Of a DNA stretch of 64,000 nucleotides, positions 20,243-31,378 are shown in pieces. The notes under the pieces are model-generated. The model had not been told where the DNA came from, did not search any database, and saw nothing but the letters and a program-made list of their open reading frames with translations. This DNA is from Mayamaea pseudoterrestris (lineage: Eukaryota). The position numbers and the translations under genes are program-made. Positions within the stretch are counted from its first letter, which is position 1, and the number at the start of each line of letters is the position of its first letter. The stretch is taken from positions 992,001-1,056,000 of the forward strand of contig BROI01000009.1 of assembly GCA_027923505.1 (NCBI GenBank), in the 5' to 3' direction.

Positions 20243-22130
20243 ACACTAAAACCTGTTCAAATGCTCCTGGCACCATGGCTGGACCACTGGAGAGGGGTGG
20301 ATGAGATGCTCCATCTTGCTCCAATGCTTGGAGCTATGACATTCCTGCACCAATGAATGCAGCAAATTGTTCAAAATTGCTCATATTGCTCCAAATTGCT
20401 CAACCTCACTAAACCTTGTTCAAATGCTATGGGTGGACCACTGGAGAGGCCACCAGAGGGGCGGATGAGAGTCTCCATCTGGCTCCAATGCTTGGAGCTA
20501 TGACATTGCTGGACCCATGGAGGTGCAGCAAATTGCTCAAAATTGCTCATATTGCTCCAAATTGCTCAACCTCACTTCAACATGCTCAAAAGATCATGGC
20601 ACCATGGCTGGACCACTGGATGGCCGCTGGAGAGCCAGATGAGATGCTCCATCTGGCTCCAATGCTTGGAGCTATGACATTCCTGCACCAATGGAGGTGC
20701 AGCAAATTGCTCAAAATTGCTCATATTGCTCCAAATTGCTCAACCTCACCAAAACTGGTTCAAATGCTCCTGGAACCATGGCTGGACCACTGGAGAGGCC
20801 ACGGTTGAGATGCTCCATCTTGCTCCAATGCTTGGGGCTATGACATTGCTGGACTTATGGAGGTGCAGCAAATTGCTCAAAATTGCTCATATTGCTCCAA
20901 ATTGCTCAACGTCACTTCAACATGCTCAAAAGATCCTGGCACCATGGCTGGACCACTGGTGGGGCCGCTGGAGGGGCGGATGAGATGCTCCATCTTGCTC
21001 CAATGCTTGGAGCTATGACATTCCTGCACCAATGGAGGTGCAGCAAATTGCTCAAAATTGCTCATATTGCTCCAAATTGCTCAACCTCACTAAACCTTGT
21101 TCAAAAGATCCTGGCACCATGGCTGGACCACTGGAGGACAGCTGGAGGGCCAGATGAGATGCGCAATCTTGCTCAAATGCTTGGAGCTATGACATTGCTG
21201 GACCCATGCAGGTGCAGCAAATTGCTCAAAATTGCTCATATTGCTCCAAATTGCTCAACCTCACTAAAACTTGTTTAAAAGCTCCTGGAACCATGGCTGG
21301 ACCACTGGATGGCTGCTGAAAGGGGCGGATGAGATGCTCCATCTTGCTCCAATGCTTGGAGCTATGACATAGCTGGACCCATGGAGGTGCAGCAAATTGC
21401 TCAAAATTGCTCATATTGCTCAACATGCTCAAATGCTCCTGGCACCCTGGCTGGACCACTGGAGAGGCCGCTGGAGGGGCGGATAAGTTGCTCCATCTTG
21501 CTCCAAGGTTTGGGGCTATGACATTGCTGGACCCATGCAGGTGCAGCAAATGCTCAAAATTGCTCATATTGCACCAAATTGCTCGACCTCACTAAAACAG
21601 GTTAAAATGCTCCTGGCACCATGGGTGGACTGAACCACTGGAGAGGCCACCAGAGGAGCGGATGAGATGCTCCATCTTGCTCCAATGCTTGGAGGTATGA
21701 CATTCCCCCACCAATGGAGGTGCAGCAAATTGCTCAAAATTGCTCATATTGCTCCAAATTGCTCAACCTCACTAAAACAGGTTCAAGTGCTCCTGGCACC
21801 ATGGGTGGACCACTGGAGAGGCCACCAGAGGGGCGGATGAGATGCTCCATCTTGCTCCAATGCTTGGAGCTATGACATTCCTGCACCAATGGAGGTGCAG
21901 CAAATTGCTCAAAATTGCTCATATTGCTCCAAATTGCTCAACCTCACTTCAAAATGCTCAAATGCTCCTGGCACCATGGCTGGACCACTGGAGAACAACT
22001 GGAGGGGCAGATGAGATGCTCTTTCTTTCTCAAATGCTTGGGTTATGACATAGCTGGATCAATGGAGTGCAAAAAATTGCTCCGAACTGCTCAACCTCAC
22101 TTAAACTAGTTCAAATTCTCCTGGCACATG
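20243..22130. repeat. Satellite array 1, ~11 units of ~174-175 bp
   Basis: gagatgctccatc-like anchors at about 20303, 20467, 20641, 20807, 20982, 21156, 21331, 21485, 21664, 21839 and 22013. Confidence 0.95.
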
Positions 22131-22355
22131 GCCAGTCTCAACATACTCAAATGCACTGAAAATGTGTTCCGCGCGCCGACAGATAAAACATGTCGCACCA
22201 TCTTTCTTTCACGTCTTAGCGGTAATGGCGAGCGTCATCCATTTCCGACGATTGGCATCTTCTGCAAGTTTTGATGTGATCTTGCTCCTCCAATTCATTC
22301 ACAATTCACAAGCCATCATTCCATACTCATTGCATTCTAGCAGAAGCAGCGGACG

Positions 22356-25300
22356 ATGCAGTCTTCATGCTGCTTGCCAAAAAGTAGTCGTGCATTCTAC
22401 ACGAGCATGGCGGTACTCTGGCTGCTTTCCATGACGCGCCGACGAACCAACGCTTGGACGCTTGCCACTCAGTTCTCCAGCAGCCATTATCAGCAGTTAC
22501 ATCGCAGGAATTCTCGCAGTAGCAGCAGCCAAACGCTCTTGAGAAGCAGCAAGAGCAGCAGCAGTCCAGTCCTGTCCGCAGATGAAGCTACTACTAAAAC
22601 CGATATTACTACGCAGCAATCAGCAGCCGCAGCGACGCGCATCATTGTCGACGACGACTCCTTTGTCAAACCGGATCGAGACTTGCGCAAATATCGCATC
22701 ATTCAGCTACACAATCATCTAAAAGTCTTGCTGGTTTCGACGCAACTTTCGCCTGGAAGCGTTGGAACGGAAGCAGCGTCGGTTCACGTGCAAGCTGGAC
22801 ATTTCGACGACACGATTCCTGGTCTCGCGCACTTTCACGAACATTTGCTCTTTCTCGGCACGCACAAATATCCAAGCGAAGACGAGTATGAAGGTTTTCT
22901 GCAGACATTTGGAGGTTTCTCGAACGCATTCACCGACATGGAGGATACCAACTACTACTTTAGCGTCACGACGGAAGCTAACGGAAATCAAACATCGCCA
23001 GGATTACAAGGCGGCTTGGATCGACTGGCGCAATTCTTTATAGCACCGACCTTTGATCCGCAAATGGTGGATCGAGAAATCAGTGCCATTGACTCCGAAT
23101 ATCGAAACGCACTATCGAGTGACGCGTGGCGCAACTTTCAGTTGACAAAGAGTACATGTGATCCGTCGCATCCCTTTGCCAAGTTTGGTTGCGGCAATCG
23201 AGAAACACTCACCGCCAAGGGATTGGACTACTTGCTCCAAGAGCTGCATACATTTTGGAAAACGTACTATCAAACCTTCAATTTGAGACTGTCAGTAGTG
23301 GGACATGGATCGCTCGACGCTCTGCAAGCGACCGTCGAGGAAACCTTTGGAGCGTTGGCACCTTCCAGCGAAACGTCGCGACGCAACGGAGCATCACTAC
23401 CCAACCAACTGTTTCAGCGCGAGAATGCAGTCTACCAAACACCAGCCTATACACCAGCTCAACTTGGAACCATGCGAAGGATACTGCCACTCACGGAAAT
23501 GCGATCCATTAAACTGCTCTTTCCGACTCCACCACTGGATGATCCCGCATTGGATGCCAGCAAACCATACCGAACGTTGTCTCATGTACTTGGCCACGAA
23601 GCTCCCGGATCGCTGCATGCACTGTTGAATTCGCTTGGCTACATTCAGGGTCTATCGTCGGGCGTTGCCATTGACACGAGCGACTTTTCACTCTTTAGCT
23701 TGTCGCTCTCACTGACACCAAAGGGCATGCGCGAACAAGGAACTGTATTGGACTTGACGTTTCAGTGGATTGCCCTGCTGCGCAACATTGATGCAAGTAC
23801 TTTGAGTGACTATCACGACGAGTTAAGACAAATTTCAGAAATGAGTTTCAAGTTTCGCGAGAATGGCGATCCGACAGACTTTTGCTCGTCGGCGAGTGAA
23901 TTACTCTTTGACGACTTGGATGATCCGGGTCGATTGTTGGTGTCGCAGTCGGAAACAAGTGAGCTAAACATGGACGTTGTGACTGCCTTTATGGATCGGC
24001 TGCGACCAAGCAACTGCGTGATTCATGTGCATGACTCGGATCTGAACGAAACAATGAGCAGTGACGGCGACGGCGGTGAATGGATGCAGGAACCGTGGTA
24101 TGGTGCCAAGTATCGGGTCGAACGATTGGCTGCCGAACAAATGAAGGAGTGGGAATATCCAGAGCAATACGACTCGCGGCTGCAGCTTCCGAAACTGAAC
24201 GAATACATTCCTACTGATTTTTCGTTGCGGTGCGATGACAATGCTGACGAATCAAAATCACAGCAATCAACAGCGACAACAGAAACAACAGCGTCGGAGA
24301 AAGACTTGCAAACACCTCCAGTGCTACTGGTTAACACTCCTCAACTCCGACTATGGCACAAGATGGATCGATACTGGCGGGTGCCAAGAGCCTTTATCAG
24401 ACTGGCCCTACTATCGCCCAAAATTTACTCGACGCCACGAACCATGACGTACAGCCGCATTTTTCAGCGAGTCTTGAACGACGACTTGAACTCGTTTGTA
24501 TACGATGCATCCGTGGCCGGTTGCAACTACAAGGTGTCCAGCTCGCCGTTTGGCTACCGCATTTCCGTTCGAGGCTACTCGGAAAAGTTGCCATTTTTGC
24601 TTGATACGCTGACAACGAGGATACTCAGTTTGATTGAAGAAATGAAGCAAGGAGACCATGTACTTTGCAGCAAATTTGACAAGGCCAAGGAGAGTCTCTT
24701 ACGCGAGACCAAGAATTATCGATTGGATCCTCCGCACGAGGTGGCCGGATATAACTCGCGGTTGCTGCTGGAAGAAAATGTCTTTTACCTTGACAACTAC
24801 ATTGCAGAAATGGAAGGCAGTGATGCGGAGAAGGACCCTTTGAACGTGGCTGAATGTGCGACGGTTGTCGAGGAGTGCTTCAAGGGACGAGTGCAGTGCG
24901 AGGGATTGTGCATGGGTAATATCGACGAGAATGGCGCTCGCGTAGTCGCTAATGTATTGGACCGGCACTTTTTGACGATGACGCGCGGACTGAGCGAGGC
25001 AGAAATGCCGCGATTTCGCTCCATGAAGCTTCCAACTCGAGATGAAGCGGTACAAATATTTGACAAGTCTGTCACTGAGCGACCCTTTCCTGTCGTTTAC
25101 CAGGACGTCGCCGTTAGCGAGTCGGAGGAGAATAATGCAGTGGAGGTTGTGCTGCAGGCGGGGTGTGAGTTGGATTTGGGCTATCCGGGGATTGCAATTC
25201 TTGATCTTATCACCCACATGGCGTACAACAGTGCATACAGCGCGTTACGGACGAAAGAACAACTGGGTTACATTGTCAGCGCAGCAGCTCGAAAAACTGC

Positions 25301-25925
25301 CGGGGGAGCTTGGGGCATGTCGGTCATTGTACAAGGCTCGGTGGCATTGCCAGAGGTTCTTGAGCAACGCGTTGAAGCTTGGCTTGTTTCATTTCGTAAC
25401 GAACTGGAGGAGATGTCGGCCGAAGATATTGCTGATGAAGCATCTGGTGTCGTATCACAGCTCATGGAAAAAGAGCAGAAACTTTCCCAGGAGGTTGGTC
25501 GAATGTTTGGAGAAATATTGAGTACGGAGGGATTATCGAACCGCTTGCGTGAGCCTACCTTTGATCGACTCGAGCGGTTAGCTGCCGAATTGACTGTCGT
25601 CGTTGATGATGTTGAGGAAGACGTAGGGGTTACCGGTGGCGAACCGGGTGTCGTTAACAAACATGCAGCATCAAGTGGCCGCCGATTGACAGCAGCCCGA
25701 TTAAAGGAGCGCGTTTTGGATTTTTTTGACGAACATTTTATGCCGACTTCACCCAGCTTACGTGCAATGTCCGCACGTGTGTACAACAAGAATGCTCGCA
25801 ACGAATACGAAGCGCATTTGGGCAGATCTGGTGTACTATCCAGCTACTCGGACATGCGGCATTTCAAGCAATACATTAGTACTTGGCCAAATGTTCCTTA
25901 TGCGAAGGCCGATGTGAAGTTTTGA
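22356..25925 (+). CDS. M16A metallopeptidase (insulysin/pitrilysin-like) with an N-terminal targeting-like extension
   Basis: Inverted zinc motif GLAHFHEHLLFLGT, GGFSNAFT, LRTKEQLGYIV. Confidence 0.95.
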   Translation: MQSSCCLPKSSRAFYTSMAVLWLLSMTRRRTNAWTLATQFSSSHYQQLHRRNSRSSSSQTLLRSSKSSSSPVLSADEATTKTDITTQQSAAAATRIIVDDDSFVKPDRDLRKYRIIQLHNHLKVLLVSTQLSPGSVGTEAASVHVQAGHFDDTIPGLAHFHEHLLFLGTHKYPSEDEYEGFLQTFGGFSNAFTDMEDTNYYFSVTTEANGNQTSPGLQGGLDRLAQFFIAPTFDPQMVDREISAIDSEYRNALSSDAWRNFQLTKSTCDPSHPFAKFGCGNRETLTAKGLDYLLQELHTFWKTYYQTFNLRLSVVGHGSLDALQATVEETFGALAPSSETSRRNGASLPNQLFQRENAVYQTPAYTPAQLGTMRRILPLTEMRSIKLLFPTPPLDDPALDASKPYRTLSHVLGHEAPGSLHALLNSLGYIQGLSSGVAIDTSDFSLFSLSLSLTPKGMREQGTVLDLTFQWIALLRNIDASTLSDYHDELRQISEMSFKFRENGDPTDFCSSASELLFDDLDDPGRLLVSQSETSELNMDVVTAFMDRLRPSNCVIHVHDSDLNETMSSDGDGGEWMQEPWYGAKYRVERLAAEQMKEWEYPEQYDSRLQLPKLNEYIPTDFSLRCDDNADESKSQQSTATTETTASEKDLQTPPVLLVNTPQLRLWHKMDRYWRVPRAFIRLALLSPKIYSTPRTMTYSRIFQRVLNDDLNSFVYDASVAGCNYKVSSSPFGYRISVRGYSEKLPFLLDTLTTRILSLIEEMKQGDHVLCSKFDKAKESLLRETKNYRLDPPHEVAGYNSRLLLEENVFYLDNYIAEMEGSDAEKDPLNVAECATVVEECFKGRVQCEGLCMGNIDENGARVVANVLDRHFLTMTRGLSEAEMPRFRSMKLPTRDEAVQIFDKSVTERPFPVVYQDVAVSESEENNAVEVVLQAGCELDLGYPGIAILDLITHMAYNSAYSALRTKEQLGYIVSAAARKTAGGAWGMSVIVQGSVALPEVLEQRVEAWLVSFRNELEEMSAEDIADEASGVVSQLMEKEQKLSQEVGRMFGEILSTEGLSNRLREPTFDRLERLAAELTVVVDDVEEDVGVTGGEPGVVNKHAASSGRRLTAARLKERVLDFFDEHFMPTSPSLRAMSARVYNKNARNEYEAHLGRSGVLSSYSDMRHFKQYISTWPNVPYAKADVKF

Positions 25926-26103
25926 TGTCGCTGATACCGGACGTCGGCCAACGAAACCTTGTACAGCCAGCAAATGCTTTTAATAGAGAGATAAAGATAT
26001 ATTTAGCGTATAAGCCTACTAAGAAAGACCCCGATTTGTTTCATCGAAAAGTCACGGCGCATAGTTCGGCGTACCTCCAAAAATTCGTCGGCACACACCT
26101 TCA

Positions 26104-27837
26104 CTACCTGTGCCATGGCAACATACCGGTAACACTTTCGTCGCTATCTTCATCACTATAATTATCGCTATTCGATTCGCCGAACGTCTCAGAAACTCCA
26201 TGTACACGTCGTACTGACTCTAGCAGCGCAACCATTCGGCTCTCCTGTCGTCGTTCGTATCGCCGACGCTCACGTCGCTCCTCTTCCAACGCATGCAACC
26301 GCCGACGAAGAATTGCCAGCTCGTCACCTTCCATTGCATGTCGCTGCTGCATGGCATTATTTAAATGTACGAGCATGTCGATGGTTACCTGATGATCAAT
26401 CAGCAATGCTCGATGTTCAATCATGGAAGAATCAATGTCATGACTGCGTGCTTGGCTTGTTTGAGGCACCAGCAAGGTTGGAATGCATGCGTTCGAAACA
26501 TGCAGTTGCTGACTTGGATCATTGGAAGACCGATGGAGTGCCTCAAGCAATATGGACTGGCGAACCTCGAGCGGTGAATTATCCTGATAGAGAGGATTGT
26601 CTTGTGGTCGAAAGTACTGTGTGACTTGGTCGGGCAGCGATGACGGAATCCGTCGGGCATGTAAAAAACTAGAACCCTCAATAAATTCTGCACGCTCCCA
26701 TGCAATCGCCCAAAGATTGCTCGGTATTGCAGCAAGATGCACTGACATGAAATAATCTGGGCCAATACGGGCCTTGCGAATCTTGATTGACCTGCAAGTA
26801 TTGTTGCGGATTAAGATGGACGAGCACCAAAAATGCTTCCATGACTCCGTGCTGAAAGTGGCATGGGTGATTTCTAGACCGCTGGAAAGCGTCGACCACT
26901 TGTCCAAAAAATCGTCCACTGCTTGAATGTCTGATAAGAAATCACTGCAGTCGCGCATGACAATCGTAGCACTGCCAACCGTAAATGGTACAGCTGACCC
27001 AACGAGATTGGCTTCCGTCATAATTACAGAGTTTGATTTTGTCTTTTGCAAAAACTTGCGAGGAATTTCATTACTGAAACACCAAACATCACCGAATGGA
27101 AACTCCTCGAGATGATCCCACAAGTCGTCCGATGGTTGAAAGCGATATAGAGTTAGCATGGCGCCATGCTTCCAACTACAATGATAAAACATTGTTTGCA
27201 AATCTTGACGCGAAAGCAAAACATCTTTGGACTCAAGTGCATTATCGACTTTTGCATTGTACGTGAGAGATATTTGCCGCTCATATTCTCCAGGCTTGAA
27301 TATTGGAAGACTGGTTTGAAATCGCAAAACGTCTCGAATGGTTCCTTGAACTTGCAATCGATCCGTTTCTTGCAGAGGCATGCAGCTCTTTGGAACAAAG
27401 ATGCGACACAGAGCGCAGACATCTCGAGGCTCTGATTCGTCCGTGTACTGCGCGGCTCCACGACACTCAGGTCCAGCCTGCACGAACGCTTCACCAGTTT
27501 GACTGCTGCTGACTTGAATGGTTTGCATGAATTCAACGTCGGCAAAGACTGCATAAACATGAGGCGAAAAGCGAACAATGAAACCAGGACTTTGTATAAA
27601 ATCATACAAGACTTCTGATGGAATGCCATTGAGCTGCCAGAGATGCGTTCCAGTGACAAGTTGGTATATAGAAATGTCAAGCAAACGAGGTTCATAGGCA
27701 TTTGGTTCCTCGTCATGCTCCTCGTCAGCGTCGTCGTCATCATCCAAACGATGCGTGACGATCAATTCTTCGCCCGGAAGTCGTTTCAAGACGAGAAAGG
27801 GGCGAATCGCATCCTTGAGGGTCGTCGTCGTGGTCAT
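26104..27837 (-). CDS. Hypothetical protein, 577 aa, with a C-terminal charged/coiled-coil segment
   Basis: Long ATG-initiated ORF filling the gap between neighbours. No family recognised. Confidence 0.7.
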   Translation of the reverse strand: MTTTTTLKDAIRPFLVLKRLPGEELIVTHRLDDDDDADEEHDEEPNAYEPRLLDISIYQLVTGTHLWQLNGIPSEVLYDFIQSPGFIVRFSPHVYAVFADVEFMQTIQVSSSQTGEAFVQAGPECRGAAQYTDESEPRDVCALCRIFVPKSCMPLQETDRLQVQGTIRDVLRFQTSLPIFKPGEYERQISLTYNAKVDNALESKDVLLSRQDLQTMFYHCSWKHGAMLTLYRFQPSDDLWDHLEEFPFGDVWCFSNEIPRKFLQKTKSNSVIMTEANLVGSAVPFTVGSATIVMRDCSDFLSDIQAVDDFLDKWSTLSSGLEITHATFSTESWKHFWCSSILIRNNTCRSIKIRKARIGPDYFMSVHLAAIPSNLWAIAWERAEFIEGSSFLHARRIPSSLPDQVTQYFRPQDNPLYQDNSPLEVRQSILLEALHRSSNDPSQQLHVSNACIPTLLVPQTSQARSHDIDSSMIEHRALLIDHQVTIDMLVHLNNAMQQRHAMEGDELAILRRRLHALEEERRERRRYERRQESRMVALLESVRRVHGVSETFGESNSDNYSDEDSDESVTGMLPWHR

Positions 27838-28078
27838 GCTAGAGCTGGTTTACCATTGATTGAGTGATGGAGAAATGAATAGGAACGAGAGGATGCATCG
27901 AAGCAGTTGTGTAACGGTACGACGTTTTTTTTGTTTTACAGCTTGTCGGTCCGGCACTCAGCGCTCACCCCACCATTCGACCATGACGAATGAGCCTCTC
28001 CGTTTCGATGAAGCATCGACGAGGCTACATGTCATAGCTCTGGAAACGTATACATATTGAATAACCCTAAAAATCATC

Positions 28079-29068
28079 ATGTCATTTTACAAATCATCAC
28101 TGATACGCAAGCAATCGCCGTTGCGAATCTCGAAATGGAATTTGATTCTGCTTTGCGTTGCATCGCTTGGAGTCGGCATGCTTTGGGCCTACCAAATCTT
28201 TTATACAAGTTACTACAAGGCATGTCAAGAATCACTACTCGAGCAGGAGGTTTCATTGATGAGTAGCTGCAAGTCAAAGTACGAAAGCAATAATAGTATT
28301 GAAGGTAGTGGAAAGCAGAAGCAGCAAGTCGCAGCAGATTGCTCGGCTGCATCCGCTTCCATTTCCAAGGCTCTACAGGAATCCGAGCAGGCTCTCTTTC
28401 AGTTACAAGGCGCCGTACAACGACGATCACTATCGGAATGCATGCATAAATATGGACAGCCTCCCTACATTGTGGAAGTGTGGTTCAGCGTCGACGGAGA
28501 CGAGCATGTGCTGCCATTGGAGATTTCGCAATTGGAATCCATGCCCTTTACTACCGAAACGTTCTTGGAGCTGGTCGAGTATGGACTATACACGGAGACG
28601 TTTATTGGTCCGCAGCAGCAGCAGAGCGGAGCAAGTAATGATCGAAACATTATTGGCGGCAATCCGTCCGACGCTTCCACTCGCATTCGCACCCGCCTGT
28701 TGCGAAGCTACGCGGAACTGGGGTTTGGAACATCGGCCACGCCCTTTATATTGGACGAAACGACGACTGGAAACAGTCGATCGTCCTCGCGCAAGCCATG
28801 TAGTGAGCAATATAGCTTTGGGTTTGCGTCCAGTAACGCCGAGTTTACCATTTTTGCCAATGCCGACGAATCCAGCAATCATCATGCAGCAAGGCCAGTG
28901 CAATGCATTGGACGCGTGCTACTTCCTCAAGGACAGCGAGCCATGAATGTACTGCAGACGCTGCGTGGACCAGACGCGGCAAGGATTATTGAGGTGCGAA
29001 TACGTGGACTGGAGAATGAAGATGAGCAGCAGGAACAGCAAGAGCAACGAGAAGGAGGCGAGCTATAG
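28079..29068 (+). CDS. Type II membrane protein with coiled stem and degenerate cyclophilin-like domain
   Basis: N-terminal TM helix, then YGQPPYIVEV...LESMPFTTETFLELVEYGLY...CIGRVL, resembling diatom cyclophilin-like proteins. Catalytic motifs are not evident. Confidence 0.65.
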   Translation: MSFYKSSLIRKQSPLRISKWNLILLCVASLGVGMLWAYQIFYTSYYKACQESLLEQEVSLMSSCKSKYESNNSIEGSGKQKQQVAADCSAASASISKALQESEQALFQLQGAVQRRSLSECMHKYGQPPYIVEVWFSVDGDEHVLPLEISQLESMPFTTETFLELVEYGLYTETFIGPQQQQSGASNDRNIIGGNPSDASTRIRTRLLRSYAELGFGTSATPFILDETTTGNSRSSSRKPCSEQYSFGFASSNAEFTIFANADESSNHHAARPVQCIGRVLLPQGQRAMNVLQTLRGPDAARIIEVRIRGLENEDEQQEQQEQREGGEL

Positions 29069-29489
29069 ACAGTATGTAGTTGATTGTGGAGTATACCGTA
29101 GGGAGACGCGCGATTGATGGTCATAGGCTTGACAAGGACGACAGTGCGCATGAAGAGCGCGCGTGACGAAAAAAGCGAAACAACGTCAGCTCGTCGTTAC
29201 TGTACTTCCCGAATAGTATCTAATGATAGCTACAACGAGATTTTCAACTAAATGTTACATTTGCGCTCATTGCATTACGGTAGGTCAAGCCCCCCAATAA
29301 CTGGCAGTCGAACAATAGCATTGTCCCACACGGAGTATCGTTCCGGTACTCCAAAGTGCGCGATCTTGTGGTCAACGTCGTCAACCACCATCAAGTGCTT
29401 CTGTTCGCTTCGACCTTCTGCGAGTCAAAACATCAAGCATTTACATGCCTGCTCTCATTTCGTCTCTGCCTTTTTACTTTTATTCCCTC

Positions 29490-30908
29490 ATGAGTGCCTC
29501 TTCACTAGTACGTAGTAGCAGTAGCAGCTGCAGCAGCAATAGATTGGATAACAAGGAATACTATCTGCTGACGGGAGACGTCGGAGGGACGAACTCTCGC
29601 ATGAGCTTATACGACGCCAATCAGCCGCTCGGAGCGAAACCATTGGTGACGTTCAACTTTCGCAATCAACTGTTTGTTCCAGTCACTCCAGAGAACTGCG
29701 ACGATCCTTGTCTCTTTGCGAATTCCATCATTCTGCCCTTTCTCAAGTACTGCTGGGACGACGGAGACAATGAACGAATCGTTTCCGCCGTTGCAAACTC
29801 GTCACAAGCTTCCGTCAAGAAACCTTCGCTTCCTCCTCTATCGAACGAAACAGTCATCATCAGCTGCCTCGCCATGGCGGGAGTCGTCATGAACAATCGC
29901 GTTAAAATGACAAACCTTGGAAACCTATTGGTGGATGGAAACTACATTCAGCACGACGAAGAGTCAAACGAATACATTAAGCAAATCAAGGTCTGCACGT
30001 TGATCAATGACTTTGTCGCGCAAGGTTACGGCTGCCTGACTCTAGAGGATCATGAGGTCAGGCAGCTATATGGACCGACCGATGCCAACGTTCGACTCGT
30101 TGGACCAAAGGTTTGCGTCGGCGCCGGCACGGGCCTGGGCGAATGCTACTTGACGCCGTACTACTCGAACAGCTTGATGCATCCCATGCATTCGACAGTC
30201 GCCTACTCATGCTTTGCGTCGGAGGGTGGGCACGTGGAATATGCGCCGCGCAATCAGCTGGAAAGCAAAATGTGGGAGTACCTGCAAAACAAATTTGCGG
30301 GCAGCGGCAGAATATCCGTCGAGCGCATTGTTTCCGGAGTTGGACTGGCCAACATTTACGAGTTTTTGGCTCAAGAGTTTCCGGAAAAGCGTGATTCGGA
30401 CATTCACGCCGAGTTTGAAGCGGCTGGCGATGAGAAAGGTCGCGTCGTTGGCGTCAACGCCACCAATCGGCCTGGATCGCTTTGCTATGAAGCCATGCAA
30501 ATCATGATGACAGCCTACGGGTCGGAGGTTGGTTCCTGCGCACTCAAGTTCATTCCAACGGGTGGTATTTACGTAACGGGTGGATTGACGCCAAAGAATA
30601 TTCACTTTATTGAAGGTCATGACTCGGAATTCATCAAGGCATATCTTCACAAGGGACGAGTTTCGCCCATTTTGGAGCAGATTCCACTCTTTGCCGTCAT
30701 GGTGGAAGACCTTGGTGTTCGCGGCGCACATAAAAAGGCGCAGGACTGCTACTTGGAGCACACTGGGCGAGCACCAACGACGGCGACTGGAAAGTGGCTA
30801 GCGGAGAATGCGCTCACGCTGGGTTTAGCCACGGGAATTGGCTTTGCGGCTGGACTACTGGTTTCAAGAGGTGGAGCGAGCGCTGGTGGAGGAGGAGGGC
30901 GCTTGTAA
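29490..30908 (+). CDS. glk: Glucokinase (bacterial Glk-type) with a C-terminal hydrophobic tail
   Basis: GDVGGTNSR, LINDFVAQGYG, GAGTGLGE, SEGGH, SVERIVSGVGL, GGIYVTGG. Confidence 0.95.
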   Translation: MSASSLVRSSSSSCSSNRLDNKEYYLLTGDVGGTNSRMSLYDANQPLGAKPLVTFNFRNQLFVPVTPENCDDPCLFANSIILPFLKYCWDDGDNERIVSAVANSSQASVKKPSLPPLSNETVIISCLAMAGVVMNNRVKMTNLGNLLVDGNYIQHDEESNEYIKQIKVCTLINDFVAQGYGCLTLEDHEVRQLYGPTDANVRLVGPKVCVGAGTGLGECYLTPYYSNSLMHPMHSTVAYSCFASEGGHVEYAPRNQLESKMWEYLQNKFAGSGRISVERIVSGVGLANIYEFLAQEFPEKRDSDIHAEFEAAGDEKGRVVGVNATNRPGSLCYEAMQIMMTAYGSEVGSCALKFIPTGGIYVTGGLTPKNIHFIEGHDSEFIKAYLHKGRVSPILEQIPLFAVMVEDLGVRGAHKKAQDCYLEHTGRAPTTATGKWLAENALTLGLATGIGFAAGLLVSRGGASAGGGGGRL

Positions 30909-31378
30909 AAGCGCACCATGAGGAGGTGTACGTGACGTGTTGACAAACTTGCGTTGAATTACTATTTACGTGCGTGTTGAATGTTAAATGGATGCATATA
31001 AGCTACTATTTCGTTTTTGTTACGTTGAGTTGGTAGTTTATAGTTCAATGCGATACACATTGTACTTGTACAACCAAGTAGGCACCTTCATCCTCTTTTG
31101 ACGAGCTTTATACTGGGTGACAGCTGGACTTTTTCTTACTAGGCCAATCGGACGGATGGAGGTTCTTGCAGCTTCTTGGATAGCTGCAGACTACTCGCAT
31201 ATCTAAAGAGTAATCAATGTACTCGTGACACCAAATTAGTTAGCAGTTTTTACGCCGTCTAGCACTGAGTCAATGGTCATTGTCGGAGGCCGACGGACTC
31301 CCTCACAGATTGGTCTGTAAACAGGAAACAGAGGTAGTCACCTCGGAGACAAAGCCAGGAAAAACGGCGTACATGTCA

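Noticed and set aside
20416..22109. Repetitive ORFs in array 1 (MLHLAPMLGAMT...)
   Set aside because: Units alternate between 174, 175 and shorter lengths, so the frame is not preserved.
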